Virus record (IMG/VR): IMGVR_UViG_3300037808_001410
DNA from: a virus
DNA length: 50,228 nucleotides
Reading direction: 5' to 3' (one strand)
Below the pieces are notes generated by a model. That model saw nothing but the letters and a program-made list of their open reading frames with translations, did not search any database and had not been told where the DNA came from. This document shows positions 30,486 to 39,371 of the stretch, piece by piece. The stretch's first letter is position 1, and each line of letters starts with the position of its first letter. Made by a program: the position numbers and the translations under genes.

Positions 30486-31481
30486 CTAGACGGTATTTAC
30501 GATGTAGATACCTTCGGGCTTCGTCAGTCCTGCGAGGCAAGTTTCCTCCACCAAGATCCAAGTACCCGCAGGGTCTTCCTCGACCCAGGACTTGGAGAAC
30601 TTGCCGACGGTCCCACCAGCACGGGGGTCCACCGGAGGGGCGACAACCTCGTCACCGACGGTCCCAGGGCCGACGATAATGAAGTGATCGTCCGTGATGA
30701 AGGAGTTCCAGGTCGAGGAGCCGTCGGCCACATGGCCAGCCTCATAGACCTGGATGTCCAGACCCAGGAAACGCTTCAGGTAACCCCACTGGGCAACCTG
30801 ATCCTTGAGGGAGTCGCCCATCAAGGCCTTCACGCCACTGTTCTGGATCAGGTACTTCATGACCGTCTCGGTGCAGTACGCCCGTGTGGGCATGACACCG
30901 TGGTCCTGCATGATGAGCTTCTTGCCGCTGATGATGTCACCGATGATAGAGTCCGACCCCGTTCCGCTCCATGCCGTACCGGCATTGACCTTGTGCGAGG
31001 TAGAGAACCCGAAGTCATAGGTGGCAGAAGCGGTCACAGCGCCATCGGTGATGGAAACCGTGAAGTACCCATTGGTGTCGCCACCATTGAGTAGCTGCCA
31101 CCGCCACCATTCCTTGCGCTGTTCCAGACGCTGGTTCAGTTCCGAGAGTTCATCAGCCAGCATCTGCTTGCCGTACTGCTGATGTTCCGTACCGGGACGG
31201 CGCAGCCAGTTCATGGCGGCACCGGACAGGAGCTTCTTCTCACGGATAGTCGGGATGATGACCGAGGTCTTCTTCTTGGTCATCGGGTTGACCATACCGG
31301 CCTCTGCCTGAGGGTCACGGTACTTGGCCAGATCCCGGCTGTACTCCAGAACGTCGAAGGTGTACTCGTTCGTGGGCGAAGGGACGCCCTGCCGGAAGAG
31401 AGACGCGCCGAGGCCAAAGTCCACTTTGAACTTACGGACCAAAGCGGTCATGGTCTGATGTCGAAGAACTTCGTGCTGCAT
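30486..31481 (-). CDS. Major capsid protein, lambda gpE-like (331 aa)
   Basis: ORF track. AGGAGGG lies upstream. It is colinear with lambda E as I remember it: RKFKVDFGLGASLF / PTNEYTFDVLE / IPTIREKKLL / ...KPEGIYIVNTV. Confidence 0.85.
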   Translation of the reverse strand: MQHEVLRHQTMTALVRKFKVDFGLGASLFRQGVPSPTNEYTFDVLEYSRDLAKYRDPQAEAGMVNPMTKKKTSVIIPTIREKKLLSGAAMNWLRRPGTEHQQYGKQMLADELSELNQRLEQRKEWWRWQLLNGGDTNGYFTVSITDGAVTASATYDFGFSTSHKVNAGTAWSGTGSDSIIGDIISGKKLIMQDHGVMPTRAYCTETVMKYLIQNSGVKALMGDSLKDQVAQWGYLKRFLGLDIQVYEAGHVADGSSTWNSFITDDHFIIVGPGTVGDEVVAPPVDPRAGGTVGKFSKSWVEEDPAGTWILVEETCLAGLTKPEGIYIVNTV

Positions 31482-31490
31482 GACCCTCCT

Positions 31491-31862
31491 TTAAGGTCCG
31501 AGGAAGAGTTTGGCGTTCACGGTCGTGCCGCTCACATTGATGCACTGTCCACTGGAGACTGCGCCGATAACCACGATAGCACCGGGGTGGTCGGCATGGG
31601 AATTGGCGGTGTCGCCATCCTTCATGTCCACTGCCCGAAGCAGAACACCATTCGTGGCGGTGTGGGTCGTACCATCAGTGTAGTACCATTTCTGGCCACT
31701 GTAGGTCAGGCACACGCCCTCGCGGATGATGTGGGTTTTGCCGGAGTGTCCGGTGTCGGAAACCGTGGCATCCAGGATTCCCTGGATAGACACATAGGTG
31801 TCAGACAGCAGGAACCATCGGTCGGTCGCAGTCTTTGTGGTGGTCCAACTCATACCAGCCAC
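31491..31862 (-). CDS. Putative head decoration protein (123 aa)
   Basis: ORF track. GTG 31862 lies 7 nt after AGGAGG. The gene is small, predicted beta-rich, and lies directly upstream of the capsid gene, a position like lambda gpD. Confidence 0.45.
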   Translation of the reverse strand: MAGMSWTTTKTATDRWFLLSDTYVSIQGILDATVSDTGHSGKTHIIREGVCLTYSGQKWYYTDGTTHTATNGVLLRAVDMKDGDTANSHADHPGAIVVIGAVSSGQCINVSGTTVNAKLFLGP

Positions 31863-31874
31863 AGTAAGACCTCC

Positions 31875-33200
31875 TTAGGTCAACGTGTGAGGTCCGGGGT
31901 TCCGAGACTTGTAGTCTTCCATCATCTCGGCAGCCCGCTCCTCGTCCTTATCGGTGTCGGTCTTCTCGGCGTCGATCTCGGCCTGTTCGTCGTTCTCGGC
32001 CATCTTGGCGACGCTGGTGAGAAGGTCCATCAGAGTCTTGTCGAAGGGTTCGTCACCCTCGGCAAACTCGATGGTGTCACAGGATTCCGACATATGGACG
32101 AGTACCTTGACCCATTTGTCCTTGTCGTCGGCCTTGATCTTGTTCTCCTCCAGAAGGCTGTCGGCAAATGCAACAGCTTTCTCTCGGATCTCGCTGGCCC
32201 GTCCTTCGGCCATCTTCAGCTTCAGGGCCTCATTCTCCTCTAGGAGAGCTTTGGCCTCTTCCTTGGTCACTTCTTCCTCCTCTTGGTCGAAGTCCAGGGT
32301 GATGTCCAGCGGCTTGATAATGTTACCACTGTCGTCGTACCAGATCCAGCCCCCGGTTGTCCAGGACTGTCCTGTGTTGTCGGTGGCTTGTCCCCACCAA
32401 TGTTGAGTGTCATTGGTCGCATAATTGCCCCAGAAGCTGTCCGAGTCACTGGTGTCGGCGTAATAGAGCTTGGGCAGGTCGGCCAGGGTCTTGACCTCAG
32501 GGACGTTCGCCCCCAGGAAGGCCAAGGCCCGGAGCAGGTAGGGGTACTGCTCCCCGTTCATGCTTCGGTCTCTCATTAACTCGACAGACACCCTTCGGTA
32601 TCCACCATGGCCGATGACTCGGGCGAGGGCCTTCGGGACACCCTTGATGTCGGTGACAACCTTGTCTCCCACGCGCCGAAGATTGTAGAGCCACCCCATC
32701 GACGGTTGGCCATCGGTGTAGGGCTGGTCCTCGTTGTGCCCGAGCTTCACGAAGGGCTTCAAGGCGTCCAGGTTCTTGTTCGTATCCTGAACGAGCCGGT
32801 CCAGGGTCTCCGAATCGAATGGGATGCTCTTGTGGGTCCCAGCCTGGAAGATCTCCACATTACGGATGTCCACAGTGGCCATGCCACTGGGCTCATCCTC
32901 GGAGAGGCCTGGGATTGGCCCCCGGCCGTCCTTGCCGCCGCCACCCGCAGGAGCAGCCGAGGGGGCGCTCTGCCTGGGTCGCCGCAAGGCCCTCTTCACC
33001 GCTGACAGGCCACCATTGGCCAGTATCTTCTGCGCGGCAGCCTGAGGATTCTTCACCCCATCCTTCTTGAGCTTGGCAATCAGCTTCGCCATGAAGTTGG
33101 CCTCGTCAAGAGTCAGGTCTTCGCCATCGAGTTGTGTCGGGAACCCCGCTGCCGCCACCTCTTCAATGGTCTTGAAATTAATAAGCACCAGGGCCTCCAT
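31875..33200 (-). CDS. Mu-I-like prohead protease/scaffold protein (about 441 aa, start uncertain)
   Basis: ORF track 31875..33269 (TTG). Candidate ATGs are at 33200 and 33092. The segment IFQAGTH...GHNEDQ...PSMGWLYNLRRVGDKVVTDIKGVPKALARVIGHGGYRRVSVEL resembles the Mu-like_Pro family. The C-terminus is acidic and coiled-coil. Confidence 0.65.
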   Translation of the reverse strand: MEALVLINFKTIEEVAAAGFPTQLDGEDLTLDEANFMAKLIAKLKKDGVKNPQAAAQKILANGGLSAVKRALRRPRQSAPSAAPAGGGGKDGRGPIPGLSEDEPSGMATVDIRNVEIFQAGTHKSIPFDSETLDRLVQDTNKNLDALKPFVKLGHNEDQPYTDGQPSMGWLYNLRRVGDKVVTDIKGVPKALARVIGHGGYRRVSVELMRDRSMNGEQYPYLLRALAFLGANVPEVKTLADLPKLYYADTSDSDSFWGNYATNDTQHWWGQATDNTGQSWTTGGWIWYDDSGNIIKPLDITLDFDQEEEEVTKEEAKALLEENEALKLKMAEGRASEIREKAVAFADSLLEENKIKADDKDKWVKVLVHMSESCDTIEFAEGDEPFDKTLMDLLTSVAKMAENDEQAEIDAEKTDTDKDEERAAEMMEDYKSRNPGPHTLT

Positions 33201-33627
33201 TTGCTTTGGCACGGGCGATCTTCTCTGCGCTTCGGCCAAGGATCTTCGTTCCGTAGACTGCACCGGCAAACCACCAGAACTCGACAGGGAACGTGATTGG
33301 GGCCTTCCCGGTCATTGGGAGACCTCCGAAGTTGACAACGATCAAAGAGGTCAGAGCGACCATGGTCAGGGGTCGGTGGTTCCCCGCCAACCATGACTCG
33401 CTCTGGGCCTCTGCAACGCGAACACTATCCTGAGACCTCTGGAGATCCACTTCCTTCTGGGAAAGGATCATGACCAAGCTGTTCTCTGCCTTGTGCAGTT
33501 CCACCTTGGCCGAGGTTTTTTCGGCTGAATCAGGCAGAAGTTCTAAGGCCTTCTTGGCCCCACCGAAGACGCCACCGACCTTGTTGGCGATGGCCCCAAT
33601 CAGACTTCCTGCAAGTTCGGCCAACAT
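33178..33627 (-). CDS. Holin-like 3-TM protein (GTA_holin_3TM-like, 149 aa)
   Basis: ORF track. The segment ELLPDSAEKTSAKVELHKAE...RVAEAQSESWLAGNHRPLTMVALTSLIVVNF resembles the 'holin of 3 TMs for gene-transfer release' family as I remember it. Confidence 0.55.
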   Translation of the reverse strand: MLAELAGSLIGAIANKVGGVFGGAKKALELLPDSAEKTSAKVELHKAENSLVMILSQKEVDLQRSQDSVRVAEAQSESWLAGNHRPLTMVALTSLIVVNFGGLPMTGKAPITFPVEFWWFAGAVYGTKILGRSAEKIARAKANGGPGAY

Positions 33628-33630
33628 GAT

Positions 33631-33828
33631 CTACTTCTTTCCGGTCAGCTTGGCGATGAGGGGCTGGCCAAGGTCAACCGCACTCTGGCCAATCAGGTAG
33701 AACACCACGACCTCGGTGATGGAGTCTATCAACGGGGTCGCCAGATTCTCGGGCATCCCGGCGTTGATGAGGATCAGGGTGACGACACCTGCCACGCTGA
33801 CGATGAGCTTCCTTGAGAGCCATTTCAT
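33631..33828 (-). CDS. Small 2-TM membrane protein (65 aa)
   Basis: ORF track. GGAGG lies upstream. Two hydrophobic helices are present. Confidence 0.6.
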   Translation of the reverse strand: MKWLSRKLIVSVAGVVTLILINAGMPENLATPLIDSITEVVVFYLIGQSAVDLGQPLIAKLTGKK

Positions 33829-33839
33829 TTTCCAGCCTC

Positions 33840-34067
33840 CTACTTGGCCATGAATTCACGCAAAACCACAACGATCACTGACACGCCCAGGCCCCACGCA
33901 CCGCCGAGAAACGAGGCCCTAGTCCTGGCCGAGGCCTTTATTTCGGCTATCTCGACCCGCAACGCCCCAATATCCTTACGGATCTCCTTAATGTCCTTAC
34001 CGTGGCCCTCCAGGGTGATCAAGATGTGATTTGCCCAGGCCTTAAAATCATCATGAACTTCCGGCAT
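33840..34067 (-). CDS. Small C-terminally anchored membrane protein (75 aa)
   Basis: ORF track. AGGAAGG lies upstream. An amphipathic N-terminus is followed by one C-terminal TM (FLGGAWGLGVSVIVVVL). Confidence 0.6.
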   Translation of the reverse strand: MPEVHDDFKAWANHILITLEGHGKDIKEIRKDIGALRVEIAEIKASARTRASFLGGAWGLGVSVIVVVLREFMAK

Positions 34068-34452
34068 CAGGGTAGCCTTCCTCTGCTGGGACCGTGACCG
34101 CGATAATCATGGTGTCTTCTACAGCGGTAAATGAGTGCGGTACATGCGGCCTAAGGCCACAATGATCTCCAGGGAAAAGCTCTACCTTCTCCCCACCATT
34201 GACCTCAACAATGGCATGGCCACTGACAAGTATGAGGTGTTCGGTGACGGGATGTTCATGACGGGGGTATGTATCACCCTCAGGGACAATGCCCCTAAGG
34301 ACGGCAACACGGTTTTCCTTGTAGAGCCCATAAAGAGCGGTACTGCCAACAGCGCCGAGCATCACCATAGATGGTGCGGTCGGCAGCTTGTTGGTAAGCT
34401 CTCTCAGCTTTTCGATGTTGTCTGCCACGCTGGGGGCTCCTCTGGTCCTCAT
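34051..34452 (-). CDS. Cupin-fold protein (133 aa)
   Basis: ORF track 34051..34542. ATG 34452 overlaps the portal stop (ATGA). The cupin motifs are YPRHEHPVTEHLILVSGHAIVEV...GD...PHVPHSF. Confidence 0.7.
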   Translation of the reverse strand: MRTRGAPSVADNIEKLRELTNKLPTAPSMVMLGAVGSTALYGLYKENRVAVLRGIVPEGDTYPRHEHPVTEHLILVSGHAIVEVNGGEKVELFPGDHCGLRPHVPHSFTAVEDTMIIAVTVPAEEGYPDAGSS

Positions 34453-36878
34453 CGGCCGATCCATTCTAAGACAACATCGCCCCCAAAACCCATCAGGGTT
34501 GTGGAAGCGGAATCGATAGAGGCACATGCTTCGGTCTTCCAACAGGGGTCTTTGAGGGCCACAGAGATCGACTCTCTGACAGCCTCCTCGGGTTTCCCAC
34601 TGGCCATGCCCAGCTTGCCAGCAAGAACCCCACCCTGAACCATCGCGTTCATTGTCCCGGCAAGGGCATAAGCCGCCTCATTGATGCCACCCAATTTACC
34701 ACTGAAGAGAGGTGTCAGATCTCCATAGGTCTCCACCATGGCCTCTGACAGGCCCATGGGGGGTCGTTCACCATCCGGGAGGGCATACACCTCATCCCGG
34801 TCCTTCTCGGCCCCCTGGAGGGCATGGGCGGCACCCCTGAAGACATTCTCGGCAAGAACCTCGGCCAGGGTCTCTTTGAATCGGCCAAGCTGGCGAACCC
34901 TGATCTCTTCGAACCTCTTGGGGTCGCCGGAAGCCAAGACCTCTTTCTTGTCGAGTTGTCCGAGGAATTGCTCCCTGCAAATCCTGAACTCTTCCTCAAC
35001 CAGTTCCACAACAGGCCCGGTAACGGGGTCTGGCAAGTCTGATTGCTTGGAGGTCCCGGAGCCCTGGTTGACGGGAATCCACCTGTCTGGCGGCTTGGGG
35101 CCATCCTCCTCCCCCTCGCCAATGCCCTCCTCACCACTCTTGGGTATGGAGTTCTCGACAACAGACAGCGGAACCGGGTCCATGATCTCATGCCCATGAT
35201 TCAGGTCAGGCCAGACCCGAGAGGCTACAACCTGATGGCCGTGGTCCACCGCAACAGCCTTGTCACCTATGACTGGATGGGCGTGACCATTGGAAGCGCC
35301 GGTCGCGGAGAACCCAGTCTGGAGGTCATGGGTGTGGCCATTCACGGGCATGACAACACCGTTGGCTATCTTGTGTTGGTGGAGGATCGGTAAGGCAATA
35401 CCATTGCCGAGGTCATCGAGGACGATACTGTGGGCATGGCCATGGATTACAGTAGAGACAAAGGCCTGCGTTGGCTTTGCCTGCCCATCCCCCAAGCCGC
35501 TGGACCCGCACCAGTCATCCGAATGTGTAGTGGTGGCGCGGTTATCCTTCGGCTTCGGCTCGACACCGGTCTTGTCGTCGGTGGGCTCTCGGAGCTTCTC
35601 TTCTCCGGGCACACCCAGGGCCGCGATAGGGTCGGGCTTGGGCTCCTTCTTCGGGAGGCCTGCACCCTCCGAGGGCAGGTTGAGACGCTCCCTGATGATC
35701 GGGTCTTCGGGAGAGACGATCTGGCCATCGACCAGAGCCAGGAACATGTCGGCAACAGACCGCTCATCGGCAGGCTTGTACCCCATGAACCGGAACTTCG
35801 GGTACTCCTCGACATCGGAGAAATTGACATCAATGATCCGGCGAACCAACTGCTCCCTGACCACGGTCTCAAGCTCTCTGCCGATGCCCTCAAGGACCCA
35901 GATGAAGTTGGACGCATGGACCTGACCGAGGGAGTAGGAGCCGGATCGGTCACCTTGATCCTGGATCAAGTCAGGAACAAGGATGCCCCTGGCAATCATC
36001 TTGTTGAAGTAAGACAGGGCCTTCAGGAAGGCGTCCGAGCCCCCGGTGCCGACCTCTAGGAGTTCAACCTCCCACTTCTCCGGGATGATGACCGCCGAAT
36101 TGCCCTGCATCCTTCGGAGGAAGTCCAGGACCTCTTTCTTTTCAGTCTGAGCCGACCCGGGAGGGTACTTGCCGACCGCAGTCGGGGATGCAAACTTCTC
36201 CAGGTGTGCGCCCCACCACTTCTCCAATGCCTTTTTGATGAAGTAGGGCCTGTAAACCGGCTGAAGATCTGACCGCCCATAATACCCTGTCGGCTCCTTC
36301 TGGTAGGAGTAGACGATGAACTTGTCGGTCGGGTACTTGCGCTCCTTGCCGGTCACTTTCTGGACAACGCCCCACCGGAGCATGTTGCCGAATCGGTCCA
36401 CCCGGAGTTGGATGCCATGAGGCGGCTTGGCCTTCAGGGCCTTGACCCCCAGGTATCCAGCCCATGGGCCAGATTCATAACGCCCCCAGATGATCTCCAC
36501 ACAGGCAAAGCCATAGCGCAGGGCCTCCATCAAGTCCCGAAGGAACTCATGGGTAGAGCCTTGCATGTGGTCCAGGGTGTACTTCAGGAAGTCGAGGTGT
36601 TTCTTGCCGCCCTCGGCGGCGGTGTACTCCCACCCGGTCATCAATCTGGCCATGACCTTCGTGTGGTGGCAGGCACGGACCTGGGCATCCGTGGCATACA
36701 TCTCATCGAAGACCTCAAGGCCCTGAGACTGTGAGACGGGATCGGTATATGGGGGGCCAATGGTGGCCTCAAGGGCCACGGGGGAGGTCACTGAGAGCGC
36801 GTATTCCCTCTCAGTGAGAGACTGCTCCTGGACCTCATTGCCGTAGGCGTCGAAGAGAAGCGAATTCAGTCTGCCCAT
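34449..36878 (-). CDS. Portal protein (Mu gp29 / DUF935-like) fused to a His-rich insert and a MuF-like C-terminal domain (809 aa)
   Basis: ORF track. GGAGA lies upstream. The N-terminal ~400 aa show a portal-like pattern (FDEMYATDAQVRAC...ALRYGFACVEIIW). The position is after TerL. The length is about twice that of a typical portal. Confidence 0.8.
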   Translation of the reverse strand: MGRLNSLLFDAYGNEVQEQSLTEREYALSVTSPVALEATIGPPYTDPVSQSQGLEVFDEMYATDAQVRACHHTKVMARLMTGWEYTAAEGGKKHLDFLKYTLDHMQGSTHEFLRDLMEALRYGFACVEIIWGRYESGPWAGYLGVKALKAKPPHGIQLRVDRFGNMLRWGVVQKVTGKERKYPTDKFIVYSYQKEPTGYYGRSDLQPVYRPYFIKKALEKWWGAHLEKFASPTAVGKYPPGSAQTEKKEVLDFLRRMQGNSAVIIPEKWEVELLEVGTGGSDAFLKALSYFNKMIARGILVPDLIQDQGDRSGSYSLGQVHASNFIWVLEGIGRELETVVREQLVRRIIDVNFSDVEEYPKFRFMGYKPADERSVADMFLALVDGQIVSPEDPIIRERLNLPSEGAGLPKKEPKPDPIAALGVPGEEKLREPTDDKTGVEPKPKDNRATTTHSDDWCGSSGLGDGQAKPTQAFVSTVIHGHAHSIVLDDLGNGIALPILHQHKIANGVVMPVNGHTHDLQTGFSATGASNGHAHPVIGDKAVAVDHGHQVVASRVWPDLNHGHEIMDPVPLSVVENSIPKSGEEGIGEGEEDGPKPPDRWIPVNQGSGTSKQSDLPDPVTGPVVELVEEEFRICREQFLGQLDKKEVLASGDPKRFEEIRVRQLGRFKETLAEVLAENVFRGAAHALQGAEKDRDEVYALPDGERPPMGLSEAMVETYGDLTPLFSGKLGGINEAAYALAGTMNAMVQGGVLAGKLGMASGKPEEAVRESISVALKDPCWKTEACASIDSASTTLMGFGGDVVLEWIGR

Positions 36879-36975
36879 TTCATCTCCTTGCCAATGGCAC
36901 TTTGGTCAACCCGGTGTGGAAAAGTCAAGTACGGAACCAGTCAATCGCCCTTGGAATGGCAAGTCGATAAAAGCA

Positions 36976-38259
36976 TCAAAGGTAGTGATCGAAGTCCATT
37001 CGTTCACCTGCGACCTCGGGTTCAAAGGGCTGGTAAGAGTCCCTGATGCCCATGATCAGGTACCTCATGGCATCCATGCAGTGATCCCGACGCTTCTTCG
37101 GCTTCTCCGGGATGTTGGTATCCATCGTGTCCTCGTACTTGTAGTGCGTGATCTCAAAAACGAGATCCTTCAGGCCGGGGGCAAAGGTCAACATGGACGG
37201 GTCATTCTCCATCATCGAGGCCACCGCAGCGATGCCACCCGGGATGTCACGGTTGCAGGAATTCTCATCATCGACCCGGACGCCAGCGTTGTAGGACTGC
37301 ATGACCAGATCCTTGGCGCTTTCATCGATGAAGAATTGCACTACACCGTACTTCTCCTGGACCTCCAGGAGCTTCTTGACCAGTTCTGGGGAGGTCATCC
37401 TCGGCTTCACGAACTCGTAGAAGATGTGGACCCTGAGAGGCTTCTCAGACAGGACCCCACCAAGCATGATTACCGACGGGTTGGCAACCCCCCAGTCCAC
37501 ACCGGCCAAGATGCGTGAGTACCGGGTGACGGGATAGAAGTTCATGTCGATGTGGATGGCCGGATCGAAGGGGTAGACCATGCCACCAACAGCCACGAAC
37601 TCCGCGCCATACTCCTGCCGGAACAGGAGGTCTGGGAGATCCTTCTTGGCGGCAGCGATCTCCCCTGGGTCAATCAGTGGGTTTGAGGAAGAGGGGTTCT
37701 GGAAGGACTCCCATTGATCGTCCTTGCCCTGCCCAAGAGCCCACAAGGAGTAGAAGTAGTTGAACCCCCTGGGGGTGGAGATCAACAGGGCGTCCCCACG
37801 CCGGTCAGAGAGGGTCGGCCTGATGTACTGGGTCCACACCTCTTCCTTGAGAACCGCTGCCTCATCGATGATCACAAGGTCATGGCCATCGCCCAGGATA
37901 CCCTCAGGCTTGTCGGCACTCTTCTTCACCACCCGGGCACCCCATGGCGTCCTGATCTCGTATTGGGTCACCCTGGAGGTCGGCATGGATTTCTCCTGCA
38001 CGATCCTCCGATGCACCTCGTTGAACACGATGTCCGCATGGGAGTAGGTCGGGCCGACCACAGCCACAGAGGCATTTGGCAGTCCCAGGTACGTTAGGGC
38101 TTCCTGAGAGACAGAGTAGGATTTGCCGAATCGACGACCACAGCATACTACCCTGAATCGAGCCTCTGACATGTGGATATTCCATTGCCCCTCCGAGTGT
38201 GGATTGTACCCAACAGAGGCGAACCAATCCTTCTTGTATTGGTTCGGAATTTTACCCAT
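36976..38259 (-). CDS. terL: Terminase large subunit (427 aa)
   Basis: ORF track. Walker A is CCGRRFGKS and Walker B is DLVIIDEAA. The C-terminal nuclease-like half contains IDES... and ...DHCMDAMRY. Confidence 0.92.
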   Translation of the reverse strand: MGKIPNQYKKDWFASVGYNPHSEGQWNIHMSEARFRVVCCGRRFGKSYSVSQEALTYLGLPNASVAVVGPTYSHADIVFNEVHRRIVQEKSMPTSRVTQYEIRTPWGARVVKKSADKPEGILGDGHDLVIIDEAAVLKEEVWTQYIRPTLSDRRGDALLISTPRGFNYFYSLWALGQGKDDQWESFQNPSSSNPLIDPGEIAAAKKDLPDLLFRQEYGAEFVAVGGMVYPFDPAIHIDMNFYPVTRYSRILAGVDWGVANPSVIMLGGVLSEKPLRVHIFYEFVKPRMTSPELVKKLLEVQEKYGVVQFFIDESAKDLVMQSYNAGVRVDDENSCNRDIPGGIAAVASMMENDPSMLTFAPGLKDLVFEITHYKYEDTMDTNIPEKPKKRRDHCMDAMRYLIMGIRDSYQPFEPEVAGERMDFDHYL

Positions 38260-38695
38260 CGATTACCTCGCCATCTTCAGCCCTCTGCTTGTTCATGAAG
38301 GCCTCGAAAGGACTCTTTGGCCCCTCGGCGGCATTCGGGTCGGGAGAGCCGGTGAGGATGTGCTGCAACCGGACATTCTCCTGCATGACCCTGAGGAGTT
38401 GTTCAAGGCTCTTGGCCTCAGGTTTGTCGTTCTGGAGACGCTCAAGGATCTGCCCCTCGATGATCTCGGTCAGCTTCCACCACCGCTCAAACCTCTTGGC
38501 GGTCTCATCGGCCAGGGAGACTACAAGCTGATCCCGGGCAGCGGACATCACCTCATTCCTGAAGGCGTTCTTGTCTTTCACCCGCAGCCTCTGACGGGCC
38601 ATGGGGTAGGACAGGCCCTTCTCTTCAGCGAACTCCTTCACCGAGCCGGTGTAGACATTGAACTCCATCTGGAGGGATGCCCAGTCATTCCCCAT
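38252..38695 (-). CDS. terS: Terminase small subunit (147 aa)
   Basis: ORF track. An N-terminal HTH-like segment (SVKEFAEEKGLSYPMARQRL) is present. It lies immediately upstream of terL and overlaps it by 8 nt. Confidence 0.65.
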   Translation of the reverse strand: MGNDWASLQMEFNVYTGSVKEFAEEKGLSYPMARQRLRVKDKNAFRNEVMSAARDQLVVSLADETAKRFERWWKLTEIIEGQILERLQNDKPEAKSLEQLLRVMQENVRLQHILTGSPDPNAAEGPKSPFEAFMNKQRAEDGEVIDG

Positions 38696-39371
38696 CGCTC
38701 ACCCTCGGGTCCTGCTCGGTAAGGGGTTCCTGGGAAGAATGGACAGCCATAATCTCCAGGGCCTGCCACCTGTTCCCCCTGGTGAGGCCGTAATAGGCGG
38801 CAATCCTGTCCACCTCGGCCTCGATGACAACGGCAGCATCCTTGGGGACAGCCTTCCTGCCCATCAGGGACGCGAGGGTTACCCAGTCATCCTCCTCCCC
38901 CTCACCGGGAAGGGTGATGTCGCGGTTGGCCAATTCATCGAGGTCGATGGAGGCAACGTCGATGATGTTCTCAAGCTGGTCAGCGGTGTAGGGCATGGTC
39001 GAGAGGAGATCCTCAACGTCCAACTCCTTCTTCAGGTTGGCCAGCATCTCAGAGAGGAGGATCGGGTCGGCGTCACCGCGAAGCTCATTCATGGTGATGG
39101 TGAGCCTCTTTGCCGTGGGTTCATCGACATCGATGATCACGACAGGGATCTCCTCATGGCCAAGATCCTTGCAGGCCCTCCACCGATGTTCGCCGTCGAT
39201 GATCTGGTAGGAGTCCTCGCCACCAGGGAGGGGCCTGACCAGGACAGGATCGATCATGCCGAAGCGATTGATCGATTCCTTCTCCTTCTCAAAGACCGGT
39301 GCGCTCATCCTGTTCGGATTCCAGTTGTTTGGAAATAGCCTCTCCATCGATATTGACTCGGTGCGCGGCAT
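38685..39371 (-). CDS. ParB-N-terminal-domain (ParB/Srx) protein (228 aa), possibly DpdB-like
   Basis: ORF track 38685..39542. ATG 39371 lies 6 nt after AGGAGG. The motif is GMIDPVLVRPL...YQIIDGEHRWRACKDLG. It overlaps the dpdA-like 3' end by 83 nt. Confidence 0.75.
   Translation of the reverse strand: MPRTESISMERLFPNNWNPNRMSAPVFEKEKESINRFGMIDPVLVRPLPGGEDSYQIIDGEHRWRACKDLGHEEIPVVIIDVDEPTAKRLTITMNELRGDADPILLSEMLANLKKELDVEDLLSTMPYTADQLENIIDVASIDLDELANRDITLPGEGEEDDWVTLASLMGRKAVPKDAAVVIEAEVDRIAAYYGLTRGNRWQALEIMAVHSSQEPLTEQDPRVSDGE

Noticed and set aside
31182-32243. 353-aa + strand ORF over the capsid, decoration and scaffold genes
   Set aside because: It is antisense to three well-supported minus-strand genes. 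It is Gly/Val/Leu/His-rich, which is typical of a GC-rich shadow ORF.
34449-38259. Mu-like head genes as evidence for a transposable (Mu-type) phage
   Set aside because: No transposase or MuB-like ORF, integrase, or host-DNA flanks are present, and the contig closes on itself. Only the morphogenesis module is Mu-like.
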